A stretch of DNA of 63,995 nt, filler included, from Octopus bimaculoides (Eukaryota): the NCBI RefSeq assembly GCF_001194135.2. It is 9 parts of 7 records of this genome, joined end to end, with 100 filler letters (N's around TTAATTAATTAA, not from the genome) between each part and the next. Parts side by side here need not be neighbours in the genome. Positions count along the whole stretch, not along the records: positions 10,687 to 25,764 come from NC_068992.1; positions 25,865 to 32,365 come from NC_068996.1; 7 more parts are not named here. One strand, 5' to 3'. Below are positions 13,049-26,870 of the stretch, in pieces. The notes below the pieces were generated by a model. It was not told the DNA's origin. It worked only from the letters and a program-made list of their open reading frames with translations, and ran no database searches. The translations under genes were made by a program, and so were the position numbers. Numbering within the stretch: the first letter of the stretch is position 1; each line of letters starts with the position of its first letter.

Positions 13049-13572
13049 CATTTCTTTTATTAGCCACACAGGGCTCAACGAAGATGGGACAAATACAATG
13101 TAGAGCTNNNNNNNNNNAGAGCTTTTCTTTTTGGGAGGGGGAAGGAAGGAAAAAAAAAAAAAATTGGTGGTGTCGATCAAAAGGGATCGTAGGAAGGGAA
13201 AAAGGGGGAGTTCGATCAAAAGGGATCGAAAAAAAAAGAAAAGGAAAGGCCGATCAATAGGGATCGTAGATAGATATGTCTGCGTATGGATGTGGATATG
13301 TATGTATATGTTTATAAAGATATACATATATACAGAAAGATGCATATATATCTATGGATTTATATCAATGTACGCATGTGTATGTGTGTATATATATATA
13401 TATGTACCAGGATGTATGTTTGTATGTATAAATATGTTATTTATAAATGTATGAGTACGCTTTAATTTTGGTGCTATTAATATTGTTAGTTTTCTAGTGG
13501 AGGAAGAAGGGGCCGAGGAGTAGAAGAAAGGAGGACGCTGCCGAAAATGCCGCTGACGATGACGCCGAAAAG

Positions 13573-13581
13573 CGAGATGAA

Positions 13582-13623
<42 letters not shown>

Positions 13624-13636
13624 GATGATGATGATG
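13573..13636. repeat. (GAT)n microsatellite
   Basis: Direct reading. Confidence 0.95.
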
Positions 13637-14546
13637 GCGGTGCATGTTTTTATGCGTAATTTAAACGAAACACTAACATTAAGCCGGATGTTTACTCAAT
13701 ACAACTAAGTAGAATATCGCATATTTTTATAAGAAGATTGATAGTGATTTCGAAGTTTCGCTGGTCATTAAATTCCGAGGAAGCGAACTTCGAAGTTACT
13801 ATCAACTATTTTTTTTAAGAGTATACTCAGTAGTCTACTTAAAATCTTAACTGTTGTTGCATTTAGTAGAAGATTGGGTTTCGACTACTTGAAATGTATG
13901 CAAATCCAATAGCGTGTGCATCAAGGAATTCCTTTACATTTTGCAATGAATGAAAAGATTATGAATCAATCTCGATGTAAAAAAAAATGAACACTTATGC
14001 AAACATATGTGTATATATGTGCAGCTCCCTGCATCTCTCATCGGTTAAAATTGTTTCAAGTAATTGCTGGAAAGCTTGAGCGAACGTAGACCAAGGGATC
14101 TCTATCATTAACCCACCTTACAGCAATGAAAGTAGTCTTTGCGAAACAGCGGTGCCCACACGTATTAAAACCACCATCGCGGAGCAAATGAGCCTGCTCA
14201 CGTTTTCATGAATAAAATGAAAATGGGTTAAACCTCTTGTTCTGTTTAGTTAAAATTGTCGCAATAGCGGAATAGCCTGAGCAAACATAGACCATCACAT
14301 CACTACTAACACCACCACGACAGTGATGAAAGGCGTCTTTTCGAAACAGATCGTACCAAGCCATACTCAAAACAGAATCGCAGAGTAAACAAAAACGTGC
14401 TCAGGTTTTCGTGAATAAAATGAAGTACAGACAATAATTTGAGCTAAACCTTGTGGTAAAGACTGTATGCATTTAAAGACATTTATGCATCTTTGAATAT
14501 AAGTTAATCATTATTCAAAAGGGACGCTGTATTGTTTATGTTTCGT

Positions 14547-15420
14547 TTACTGGAGCCTTTCCATTGCTGCCAATGTTGGTTTGATACACTCTAACCAGTT
14601 TGCACCCCTTCTCAACATGTCATCAGACTTCACAAATGCCCACACCTGTCCAATTTCGTGTAAGGTAAATCTCACATGTAGAACTGCATTTGGATTCAAT
14701 GAAGCTACAACAGCCAGCTTCCGAAATATGTCGGCCGGTAAACCAGGACAAATACGAGAAACTCGATTCGATTTTCACGCCTAATCTGTATGTATGTTCG
14801 TCAGATAAACTCGAGCTAATTTAACTAATCTGGATTTGTTTCCCCGTCTACCGAGACTGTGAACATTTGGGGAACACATTTAAGGTCAATGGACGAATTG
14901 TCAACAAATACACATACATTGCTGATGTCCTTCGATGCATCAATACTAATTATACCAGGCGAAGTAAAATCAATTTTTAATCACTGCATTGCATCAGAAT
15001 AGGGCTAAAGTTGTGGACAACTTTAGATGGTGCTGCGATTATAGCTCTACGTTTTATCTACGATATTGGTAGTATCTAAATGATGCTTCTTTCTCCGTTG
15101 GCTTGCGATAAATGAAGCTTTGGACCAGGAAGAATTTATGTCGTCATACGGTATCAAGCGATTATTGGGTGCTTCGAACTTCAACCGTATCCCATTCTCG
15201 TTGGTTGATCAGCAGAGCTGTCCAAATCACTTTTCAACCACTTAGCTCCTCTCTCTTGCTCCTCAACCAGCAAGAAGCTCTTTCTGCCGCCTTTCCCAAT
15301 CTTGCGCATAACATTCTTTTGCTTTTTTTCGTCTTGTTCCAATGGTTGTAAGTGTTCTCCATATTTACTGGGTATGCACTGAGTGATATTCCGTGATCTG
15401 TTGTTAGTTCAGAAGACACT
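14547..15420 (-). pseudogene. Unidentified decayed coding-like segment
   Basis: Non-repetitive, moderately GC-richer, with consecutive protein-like open stretches broken by stops and frameshifts. No family recognised. Confidence 0.3.
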
Positions 15421-15626
15421 TACTACATACGAACTGATTTCTTCCCCATCTCATTCGTTCGCAAACTATACACAAAGGTTAACTGTTACAGAATTTTCTT
15501 TTCCGTAAATTTATAAAAAAGAATGTTTTCCACTTTACAGCTTTTATTGAATTACGTTTCCTATTGCACGAGTGTATGTATGTAATCATATATGTGTGTG
15601 CATGTGTAAGTACATACGCATGCATC

Positions 15627-15667
<41 letters not shown>

Positions 15668-16494
15668 NNNNNNNNNNNNNNNNNNNNNNNNNNNNNNNNN
15701 NNNNNNNNNNNNNNNNNNNNNNNNNNNNNNNNNNNNNNNNNNNNNNNNNNNNNNNNNNNNNNNNNNNNNNNNNNNNNNNNNNNNNNNNNNNNNNNNNNNN
15801 NNNNNNNNNNNNNNNNNNNNNNNNNNNNNNNNNNNNNNNNNNNNNNNNNNNNNNNNNNNNNNNNNNNNNNNNNNNNNNNNNNNNNNNNNNNNNNNNNNNN
15901 NNNNNNNNNNNNNNNNNNNNNNNNNNNNNNNNNNNNNNNNNNNNNNNNNNNNNNNNNNNNNNNNNNNNNNNNNNNNNNNNNNNNNNNNNNNNNNNNNNNN
16001 NNNNNNNNNNNNNNNNNNNNNNNNNNNNNNNNNNNNNNNNNNNNNNNNNNNNNNNNNNNNNNNNNNNNNNNNNNNNNNNNNNNNNNNNNNNNNNNNNNNN
16101 NNNNNNNNNNNNNNNNNNNNNNNNNNNNNNNNNNNNNNNNNNNNNNNNNNNNNNNNNNNNNNNNNNNNNNNNNNNNNNNNNNNNNNNNNNNNNNNNNNNN
16201 NNNNNNNNNNNNNNNNNNNNNNNNNNNNNNNNNNNNNNNNNNNNNNNNNNNNNNNNNNNNNNNNNNNNNNNNNNNNNNNNNNNNNNNNNNNNNNNNNNNN
16301 NNNNNNNNNNNNNNNNNNNNNNNNNNNNNNNNNNNNNNNNNNNNNNNNNNNNNNNNNNNNNNNNNNNNNNNNNNNNNNNNNNNNNNNNNNNNNNNNNNNN
16401 NNNNNNNNNNNNNNNNNNNNNNNNNNNNNNNNNNNNNNNNNNNNNNNNNNNNNNNNNNNNNNNNNNNNNNNNNNNNNNNNNNNNNNNNNNNNNN

Positions 16495-16544
<50 letters not shown>

Positions 16545-18051
16545 TGGAGTGATGTGTGCTTATGTGCGTGTACAGGCAGTCTGATATAACACTGTAGATA
16601 TATGAATGATTATGTATCTTTGAATGTACGCATGACAATGTATGTATGTATTTATGTATGTATGTATGTATGTATGTATGTATTATGNNNNNNNNNNTAT
16701 ATATATGGACAAATTTATATATATGCACACAAACACACATGACGAAACCAATATTACTCACTCACTCATACACCCACACATACACACATACACACATACA
16801 CACATACACACACACACACGCACACATGCATAAAGCTTTTAACTTACGTGGTTACCATTTCTTTTTGTCTTTCATTAGCATTTTTTTTTTTTATAATTTA
16901 TATTTTCATTATATCTTTCCTTTTTTTAGCTTCACATGAATTTCTTTGCCGTAAATTGTCTTTTGGGTGCATTATCTCCCTTGCTGCTTAGATAGCTGTC
17001 AAGAAATCGTATTAAATCTTGCGATCTGTCCCTCAGTCTTTCATAATTCTTCCCTCTGTTGTTCACAAAAAAAAAATTAATTCAAGGACATCGCCAGTTT
17101 ATTTAACTCCGCCCCCTTTATTTATATTTTCATTTCAATTCCCTATGCATACAGGAATATACATGTGTGTTTATATATATATATATANNNNNNNNNNNNN
17201 NNNNNNNNNNNNNNNNNNNNNNNNNNNNNNNNNNNNNNNNNNNNNNNNNNNNNNNNNNNNNNNNNNNNNNNNNNNNNNNNNNNNNNNNNNNNNNNNNNNN
17301 NNNNNNNNNNNNNNNNNNNNNNNNNNNNNNNNNNNNNNNNNNNNNNNNNNNNNNNNNNNNNNNNNNNNNNNNNNNNNNNNNNNNNNNNNNNNNNNNNNNN
17401 NNNNNNNNNNNNNNNNNNNNNNNNNNNNNNNNNNNNNNNNNNNNNNNNNNNNNNNNNNNNNNNNNNNNNNNNNNNNNNNNNNNNNNNNNNNNNNNNNNNN
17501 NNNNNNNNNNNNNNNNNNNNNNNNNNNNNNNNNNNNNNNNNNNNNNNNNNNNNNNNNNNNNNNNNNNNNNNNNNNNNNNNNNNNNNNNNNNNNNNNNNNN
17601 NNNNNNNNNNNNNNNNNNNNNNNNNNNNNNNNNNNNNNNNNNNNNNNNNNNNNNNNNNNNNNNNNNNNNNNNNNNNNNNNNNNNNNNNNNNNNNNNNNNN
17701 NNNNNNNNNNNNNNNNNNNNNNNNNNNNNNNNNNNNNNNNNNNNNNNNNNNNNNNNNNNNNNNNNNNNNNNNNNNNNNNNNNNNNNNNNNNNNNNNNNNN
17801 NNNNNNNNNNNNNNNNNNNNNNNNNNNNNNNNNNNNNNNNNNNNNNNNNNNNNNNNNNNNNNNNNNNNNNNNNNNNNNNNNNNNNNNNNNNNNNNNNNNN
17901 NNNNNNNNNNNNNNNNNNNNNNNNNNNNNNNNNNNNNNNNNNNNNNNNNNNNNNNNNNNNNNNNNNNNNNNNNNNNNNNNNNNNNNNNNNNNNNNNNNNN
18001 NNNNNNNNNNNNNNNNNNNNNNNNNNNNNNNNNNNNNNNNNNNNNNNNNNN

Positions 18052-18121
<70 letters not shown>

Positions 18122-18700
18122 CAGATACTGTCAAAAGTTTTTCCGATATGCATAGTCATTTAACTATGTACTACACACCTTTATATAAGCATTTTTCCTC
18201 ACAAACTCACGCAAAACCGTGCATTCACACACACACAAACACATACACACTCAATAAAACGCCGATCCACGTATATTTTGTATAAATGCTGTTCGGCTTT
18301 TGCTTTTTATTCTTTCCTGATTTTGTTCCATTTACCTGTAGAAGGTTAACTGACTAGAGCAAGTTTTGCTTTGTTGTTTTCGGTTAGTTTTCCGGGTTTT
18401 TTTCCCCCTTTCAGAAGTTTCGATATTCACCCAGCTTCATAAACAACCTACATGTCTCTAATCCGTTAAGCTAAACATAAATCTATTTCCATATTCTTTA
18501 ACATAAGCTTCACAATGGAACTATTGCTGTTATGCATTTTTTATTATATTTATTCTGGTTGTGAATAATTTTTTTTTTTCTTCTTCAATGTCAAATTTTT
18601 TGACAGCAGCTCTTTGTGATATTGTTGCATTAATACATCGTTGGTTCTTTCGGGGTTTTTTTTTTTCCTGTTTAGTCTCCTTCATTTTTAGGGCGGTAGC

Positions 18701-18736
<36 letters not shown>

Positions 18737-18955
18737 TTCGTATGTGTGTGTGTTTATGTATATATATGTTCGTGTGTGTGTGTGTGTATGTGTGACATTT
18801 TTTACAATTATGATGCTTTTACAGTTCAACCCCATAAATCTCTTCTATCTATCACTATGCAGCTGCTAATACATCATAAGTAATATTTATTGATTCATTT
18901 TTATCACACACACTCACACATACTCACCCCCCCCCATATGTGTATATATATTTAT

Positions 18956-18957
<2 letters not shown>

Positions 18958-19042
<85 letters not shown>

Positions 19043-19089
19043 TATAGATAGATAGATAGATAGATAGATATATAGATAGATAGATAGAT

Positions 19090-19181
<92 letters not shown>
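18958..19181. repeat. (AGAT)n microsatellite running into an N gap
   Basis: Direct reading. Confidence 0.97.
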
Positions 19182-19352
19182 NNNNNNNNNNNNNNNNNNN
19201 NNNNNNNNNNNNNNNNNNNNNNNNNNNNNNNNNNNNNNNNNNNNNNNNNNNNNNNNNNNNNNNNNNNNNNNNNNNNNNNNNNNNNNNNNNNNNNNNNNNN
19301 NNNNNNNNNNNNNNNNNNNNNNNNNNNNNNNNNNNNNNNNNNNNNNNNNNNN

Positions 19353-19388
<36 letters not shown>

Positions 19389-21974
19389 AAATCTACGATG
19401 TAGCGGTTATAGTCTACAGGGAAAGCTGTAAAACCATTTGAATTTACCCATAGGTATATATCTGAATATCTAACTGCTCAAACGTATTTCGTCTAGTTCT
19501 AGATCCTCTTCAATATGATTTCCTATATGCCAATATGATTTCCTCTGTGAGCCGCTCTATCGATTGTCAGACGATCGACCGATCGAGTGAAGTAATTGAC
19601 ATGGTTGCCATCGTATGGTTACCTAAGAATTACGTGGGAGCCGGGTTTTCTGTTTTAATTGCACCCACAGTTGAAGTTATATACATTTGTAGCTTACGAT
19701 ATGCCTTGTCATGTTTAAGTGTCGTTCGTTATTTGGTGCGAAGAGCAGTGAATTGCTTCAAATGTCCATTTGTGCTTTAGTGTGTTACGTTATTTGAGAA
19801 TTAAATCTTTTCTTGATACAAGAAACAATAAAAAATAAGCTCACATGCATTCGACGTCCATCCAGCAACCCTCATAATTCCAATTCTCAATACTTTACAT
19901 TAAAAATCGTCGCGGAAGAGAAAGAGAGAGAGAGATAGGGGGAGGGAGAGAGCTATAAGGATGTGTGTATATGTGCATGTGTGTGTGTGTATGTGTGTCT
20001 GTGAGTGCGACTGTGTGTATACAGAGGAGAGATAGAGAGGCATACTTTTGTACGTGATTGTTTATGCCAATATTCTTATATCATAATCATATGCATTCAT
20101 GTGTATATATATATTTATATATAACTATATGTGCATGCATATGTGTGTATGCGTGCGTGTGTATGTGTGTGTGTGTGTGTGAGTGTGTGTGCATATACAT
20201 ATACATTCATATGTATATGTATTTATATATATACATATGTACATACACACACACACACACACATGTGTGTGTGTGTGTCTGTGTGCGTTGGGTGTTTGCG
20301 ACCGACTACATAACGCGTTTGTTGTACGCATGATTGTTTCTAATTGGATGCCCTGATATATGTGTACAAGTGTCGAAACACATTGTTGCGGGAGAAAGTT
20401 AAGAAGCAATGCAATATTGCATTTTTATTATATAACATAACGCACAAAATCTTTCAGGGTTTTCTTTCACTCTTGTCACTGCTTAGATTTCTTTATATAT
20501 GTTAATATATTATCATTGATCCTTTTATAAGATTCACTGGATTAGGATGAATTAAGATTTATTCTATTGTGTTCATGTCTGTTATGACAAGTCTTGATCA
20601 CAGAGTCTTTATATTATGTTCCGTGCAGAGATCGTGTCTTTCCAGAAGTAAGAGTTATTTGCCCTCGAATGTTATAGCAATTTGATATATGACTGATGAG
20701 GACAAGCTAACAGCGTCTCACAAATGTTACTGCTTGAGTTTAATTGTCCTCCATCCAGGAACAGTTTGTCTACTGACTTTGAACCAATTATATTCGGCTA
20801 GACACAAAGATTAAATGAGTGAAAATTCACTCTTAGAACTTGTATCATTGAATTGTGACATAGCCAGGTGTTGAACTTGGAACATAGACAATCATAAAAA
20901 TATAACATGATTTCGTGGCCCGCATAATTAAACCAAACAGCAAATGGTTCTGTGAAACTTCTACATTGAAACCAATGTTAAGGTATTTTCTTTGATACTA
21001 GGCAAAATAATATTCAAGTATAATTTTCTTGACAAATCTTACAGACCAATAAATCCTAAGTTAGGTTTAAGAAAGATATGTTTTAAATGACTGGTAGCTT
21101 AGGATGAGTCATCCTATTTAGGTTCAATATATTAATGCCATACATAAATTAAACGAAATAATCATTCATATTTGATCGTTTCATTGTTTAAAACATCAAT
21201 AAATAAAATTTCAGAATGAGAAATAGATAGAAATGGAGACACAGATAGAAAGAGTGAAAGATGGTTGTTATTATTTCTCTCAGACTTCATTTAGGATAGA
21301 TTAATCAAGCATTTTATCACTAAAACTTGCTCGGTTTAATCTTATGATTTGATCCGGGGTTAACACAAAGCTGACCCGACTGTGATAATACCATTTTAAG
21401 TCACTAATAAATCAAATAGGTAAATAATGGTTGGAACAAACCAAAGTGACATATAATTGGCTAATACGTCTTGAGATAAATTGCTATTTGTGACTCGCCT
21501 TGTGTTTTTAACAGGAGAGGGCTATTGGTTCACAAATCAATTTCTCCGTTATGCAAGGCTAATATTTACTCGATACATAAGAGGAAATTAGTCACGAGGA
21601 TATATTGTTATCTTTTATCTCAGAATGAATAGCTTTGTCTCAATAGAAGACACTTCAATTAGAAATTGCCGCATAGGTAGTCATCGTTGTATTCGGAATG
21701 TAGGATACGACTGAATTTAACTAATTTCTTAGAGTTAAGTGTGATAAACTTTGACCAGGTGGATATCATATCACGCAAGGTCGCACTAGGAATACATACG
21801 TTGGAAAATTTCAAACCCGGCAAATAGAACTGCAATAAAGGTCATTTAAAATACGCACTTGTTCAGTTAAATGTTGAACTCCTTATATAAGCGCAGAGAC
21901 CCTATAATTTTGTCGATGCCATTTCCAAAAGCATTAGCAATGTCAATACTGGGGTACTACCTTGCAGGGTTTAG

Positions 21975-22570
21975 CCGAACACATCGACCCAGTACTTAAT
22001 TTGTTGGAATCTTATACTTATTTCACCGTCAATTTTGCCGAACCACTAGTTTTGAAGACATAAAAAGAACAACACCGGTTGTCAAACGGTGATGTGGGAC
22101 TCAGACACACTCACGTACATGTGTGTATGTGTATGTGTGTGTGTGTGTATTTTGAGTGTGTGTGTATGAGGGTTCCACACAGTTTCTCTCCACCAAATTC
22201 ACTCATAAGGCAATGGTTGGTCCAAGGTAATAGTGGAAAAGACAGAAAATACAACGGGACGAACCCGAAATCAGTGGTTACAAAGAGAGATATTATATGC
22301 ATATTGTCTTCTGTGTGTGGTGTGTATGTGTGTACATATATTATATATACATATGTGTGTATGTGTGTGTATGTGGTGTAAATATATAGATATATGTTTT
22401 TTCTTTTAGTTGTTTAATCATTAGATTTCGGTCATGCTGGAGCATCACCTTGAATTTTTTAAACCTAGTAGATATTCTATCGGACCCTTTGCCAAACCTC
22501 TAAATTAGGGAGACGTAAACACACCAGCACCGGTTACCAAGCGAATTGTTGGGGACAAACACAGACACAA
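21975..22570 (-). mobile_element. Two degenerate family A SINE pieces
   Basis: ccgaacc, gacgtaaacacaccagcac and ggggacaaacacagacac segments match the reverse complement of family A. Confidence 0.6.
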
Positions 22571-22577
22571 AGACTCA

Positions 22578-22620
<43 letters not shown>

Positions 22621-23249
22621 TTATATATATTTATATACATACATATGTGTAGCACCGCTTCGTTACGGAAGTTATGCATTCTTGGAAATCTAATCATAAC
22701 TGGGAATCCCGCAACGCGAAATTTATTCTCCAGTCATTTTCAGTTTATAAGATGAAATGTATTCCGACGGATATTTGAGAAATAAAAAGAACACAAACAT
22801 GGGTGAAAATAACAATTTCTTAGCATTTCTTACCACAAAAAGTATCGACTGTTGTGAGAGTACTGAAGGTTGAATGAGAGCTACTAAGAAGATGAGGAAC
22901 ATTATGTCCATTATGATGATCATCATCAATATCTGCTCGAGAGGTAAGTGCTTCTACAAAGTGGTGTGATACTTTTCTCACATCCTCTATTTGTATAGAT
23001 CATTGTGGGTACTTAGCTTAGCATAAACTCCTCTTGTAATTTTCATATTATGTTTAGAGTCGTTGTCAACAAAAACTTACAAGCCACCTTATTCTCAGCT
23101 CACTCTTGCTCTGACAGTATCGGCTTCTTGTTAAATAAACTTACTCTATGGCACATTAGGAAACCAATCACATTATTCTCTATGACTTTTCAGGCCTTAC
23201 GACATTTTCAAGTGTCACAATATTTTTCAGAAATAATATGTAAGAACTC

Positions 23250-24290
23250 TGCTTGATAAAAATTCATAAAGTCACGCATACAATCTAGCAATATGTTTTT
23301 CCAAGCACCACTCAACTCTATGGTTTCACTGTATTTCATAATTTTGTTATGTCATTCACAGCATCCATTATGCTGAACTTCTACAAGGTTTTAGCTGTAG
23401 GCTTATTCTTCCTGTCAATTACTACGATATATTATTTGAATGTTATCGGACAATATACCTTGAAATTAGCTATTACACTTACATTCCTTCCCTAGAGCAA
23501 AAAAATGTGTATTCTTGGGGATATATTCTACTCTCACATTATTAGAAAGCTCGTTTAAGTTCAATCAAGAGCGTGATGCATTGTTTAAAGGAGTAACGCT
23601 TTGTTAGAATAATGCTTGGCACTGTACATTTCTACATCAGGGTAAAAATGTTTATAAGCAACTCTGAGTAACTTATGCCTTCTTATTTGAAAATCAAACC
23701 CGAGGTTTAGTAAATTCAAATAACTTTTGAATGTCCTGAGATTTTCGGAATGATACAAGCGTATCCGTTCTAATTGCATAAAACCAGTAACTTATTCTCT
23801 CACAAGAAACGTCGAACGATTTGTGAAAGCTTTAAATACTGGTGTTGATTTTTGGCTCAAGAAAGTTCTAACAGGCATGACCTTCCAAAAACAAAAGTAG
23901 TTTCATAAATATTGTATATTTGCTCCGGGGAGTAGCTCCTTTCAGCAATCATTTTCTTTAGCTGTTCAGGATAATTAGTAACGGCTTGTGTATTAGCCTC
24001 GTGAAGCTTCGCTAGATTTCTTTGTTTCGCAAATTCAAGCATTTAAAAAAAAAAAAGCAAATCAACCTTTATTAACCAGAAAAGGATTCTTATTAAATTT
24101 CAGATTTCTTTTCGTGTAAATCGTCATACAAACATTTGGTTATTTTTTTCTTCCAATTACCAACATGCTCATCAGTACGTCGAGACCTATCCAAGTTTCC
24201 GTTACGGTGACATAACTGGACGTATCCCACAATTATTGGTTATATTTTTCAAATTTCTTCCGGCACAAAATTCCGTAACCTAAACGTTAA
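23250..24290 (-). mobile_element. pogo/Tigger-like transposase, decayed
   Basis: Fragments KCLYDDL, YPEQLKKMIAERSYSPEQIYN, YHSENLRTFK, KALLL and VIANFKVY follow HTH-Tc5 plus DDE_1 domain order. Confidence 0.8.
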
Positions 24291-24409
24291 GCATGTCATT
24301 CCTACCTTTCTTTACTTGAAATATATACACACTGCACACACACATAAATATATGTATGCATCTATGTATGTATATATATGTGCGTGTGCGTGTGTGTGTT
24401 TAGATCGCT

Positions 24410-24590
24410 GACCACTACGTTTATTTTTTTTCTCTCCTTATTTCTTTGTGTTCCTTTCAGTTGAAGAGCGTAGGCTCGAAACGTCAAAGACATTCTCTAT
24501 TACCGAGCGTTAAACTAATACATCCATTTGTTGTTTACACCACCTGTCTTCGTCTGTTGTTTTTTTCGTAAATTCTCCCACATATATATA
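24410..24590 (+). mobile_element. Penelope-like 3' tail repeat
   Basis: ttgaagagcgtaggctcgaaacgtc motif; diverged inverted copy at 61878-62040. Confidence 0.55.
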
Positions 24591-25489
24591 TATATATATA
24601 TATATNNNNNNNNNNNNNNNNNNNNNNNNNNNNNNNNNNNNNNNNNNNNNNNNNNNNNNNNNNNNNNNNNNNNNNNNNNNNNNNNNNNNNNNNNNNNNNN
24701 NNNNNNNNNNNNNNNNNNNNNNNNNNNNNNNNNNNNNNNNNNNNNNNNNNNNNNNNNNNNNNNNNNNNNNNNNNNNNNNNNNNNNNNNNNNNNNNNNNNN
24801 NNNNNNNNNNNNNNNNNNNNNNNNNNNNNNNNNNNNNNNNNNNNNNNNNNNNNNNNNNNNNNNNNNNNNNNNNNNNNNNNNNNNNNNNNNNNNNNNNNNN
24901 NNNNNNNNNNNNNNNNNNNNNNNNNNNNNNNNNNNNNNNNNNNNNNNNNNNNNNNNNNNNNNNNNNATTAAAACATTCTTACAGGATGGCTTTAGAATCT
25001 GCATATGTGGCGGTGTGCGGCCATGGGTTCATTGGTCGGTATTTAATTCTAATTACATTAGAATTTCTTGATTGTCAGAACCTTTTCACATGTATGGAAG
25101 AGCAACTTTATATGCTAAATTATGAAGAGGATAGCCATGGGTTTTGTAAAGAGATTTATGTAATAACTGGTCTACAGGAAGGTTCAATAGTGACCATTGT
25201 TATTATGGCTAATATTTCTTGGAAATGTGATGGTCTGAGATGCGTATTTTTAATTAGTAGAGTGGTTGTAGTTTCAGTTTTAATTAATGTAACAGCAAGA
25301 TAATGAAACATCTGTCGACATTAGCTTTCTCTATGTAAGTTATTTTAAAACATGCTCGGCTAACTAATTGAGAGTCAAGCCAACAAGAGAGTACTTACGC
25401 AACAGTTTAATCTACAAGAAATAGAAGCTAAATATTCTCACATTGCAGTCGAGTGCCTTAAAAAAAAAACAGAAGGACGCAGTAACAGT

Positions 25490-25764
25490 TATGTTGTTGT
25501 TGGCACTCCGTCGCTTACGACGTCGAGGGTTCCAGTTGATCCGATCAACGGAACAGCCTGCTCGTGAAATTAACGTGCAAGTGGCTGAACAATCCACAGA
25601 CACGTGTACCCTTAACGTAGTTCTCGATGAGATTCAGCGTGACACAGTGTGACAAGGCTGGCCCTTTGAATTACAGGCACAACAGAAACAGGAAGAAAGA
25701 GTGAGAGAAAGTTGTGGTGAAAGAGTACACCAGGGTTCGCCACCATCCCCTGCGGGAGCCTCGT
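25490..25764 (-). mobile_element. SINE family C 3' part
   Basis: Reverse complement of the 11080-11215 tail with an (AAC)n-like end. Confidence 0.8.
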
Positions 25765-26870
25765 NNNNNNNNNNNNNNNNNNNNNNNNNNNNNNNNNNNN
25801 NNNNNNNNTTAATTAATTAANNNNNNNNNNNNNNNNNNNNNNNNNNNNNNNNNNNNNNNNNNNNGAATAGAGATTGAGAGCAATGTATATGTTGTTGTCA
25901 CAGGTCAAGTATGTGTGGTTGTGTGTGTTTTTACGTATCTATGTTATGAAAAATAGGTAAAGAACACTGAGATGAAAGTTTAATCCATGACGTTGTATGT
26001 ATCACTTTCTCTCTCTCTCTCCCTCTCCCTCTTTAACTCTTACTCTCTATATTTTTATGCTGAGCGCGTGTGTAAGAATGACGTTCCAGGTAGCAGGGAT
26101 GAAATATAAGAGTTGCTAGAAACAACAGCCAAATCTCCCTTAAATCACACAAAGTAAATGGAATTTAAAAAATCTAATTACTGCACTGGAAAGGTCAGAT
26201 CGAGAAAATTTCTTTACACATCTTCAGGAAAAATAAATATAACACCAGAAAACTACATTCGGTTTAAAAGTACAAACAGTTCATGGCGAAAAAATTTCAC
26301 AATTACAAAAACGGAAAAAAAATTTTAAAAAGTTTTTGCAATAAGAAAGCTATTACTTACATGCACGCATCCGAGTGTGCGCCCGTACACACATGCACAC
26401 ACGTTCTTGCGCGCACACACGCGCACGCTCACATGCATATGCATGCATACACAAACAAGCAAAATTCACAAGTCATAAACACATACACACACACATACAC
26501 ACACACATACACACACACATACACACACACACACACACATACACACACACTTATACACATACACACACACGCATACATCCACATACATATATATATACAT
26601 ATAAACATATATTAAAATTTTTTTAAAATATATTATAAAATTATATATACATATACACACNNNNNNNNNNNNNNNNNNNNNNNNNNNNNNNNNNNNNNNN
26701 NNNNNNNNNNNNNNNNNNNNNNNNNNNNNNNNNNNNNNNNNNNNNNNNNNNNNNNNNNNNTATATATACATACATATATATATATCGTCAGTAAATCATA
26801 AATCCGAAAGAAAAGCACACTCAAAGTTATAGAGCAGCAGAGTATTTAGAGAATGCTAATTATGGCCGGT

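Noticed and set aside
13174-13266. CRISPR interpretation of the spaced repeats
   Set aside because: Eukaryotic context, 16-bp repeats, low-complexity spacers and no cas genes
15564-18163. Long 300+ aa ORFs in the ORF track (also 9242-9976, 32918-33649, 54430-55826)
   Set aside because: Composed almost entirely of N codons and microsatellite
20690-20730. CTGATGAG motif as a hammerhead or C/D box
   Set aside because: No GAAA or box D at a suitable position
21795-21845. Candidate 30-nt minus-strand micro-exon (ttattgcag...gtatgt)
   Set aside because: Such splice-like pairs are expected by chance in 64 kb; no partner exons or homology
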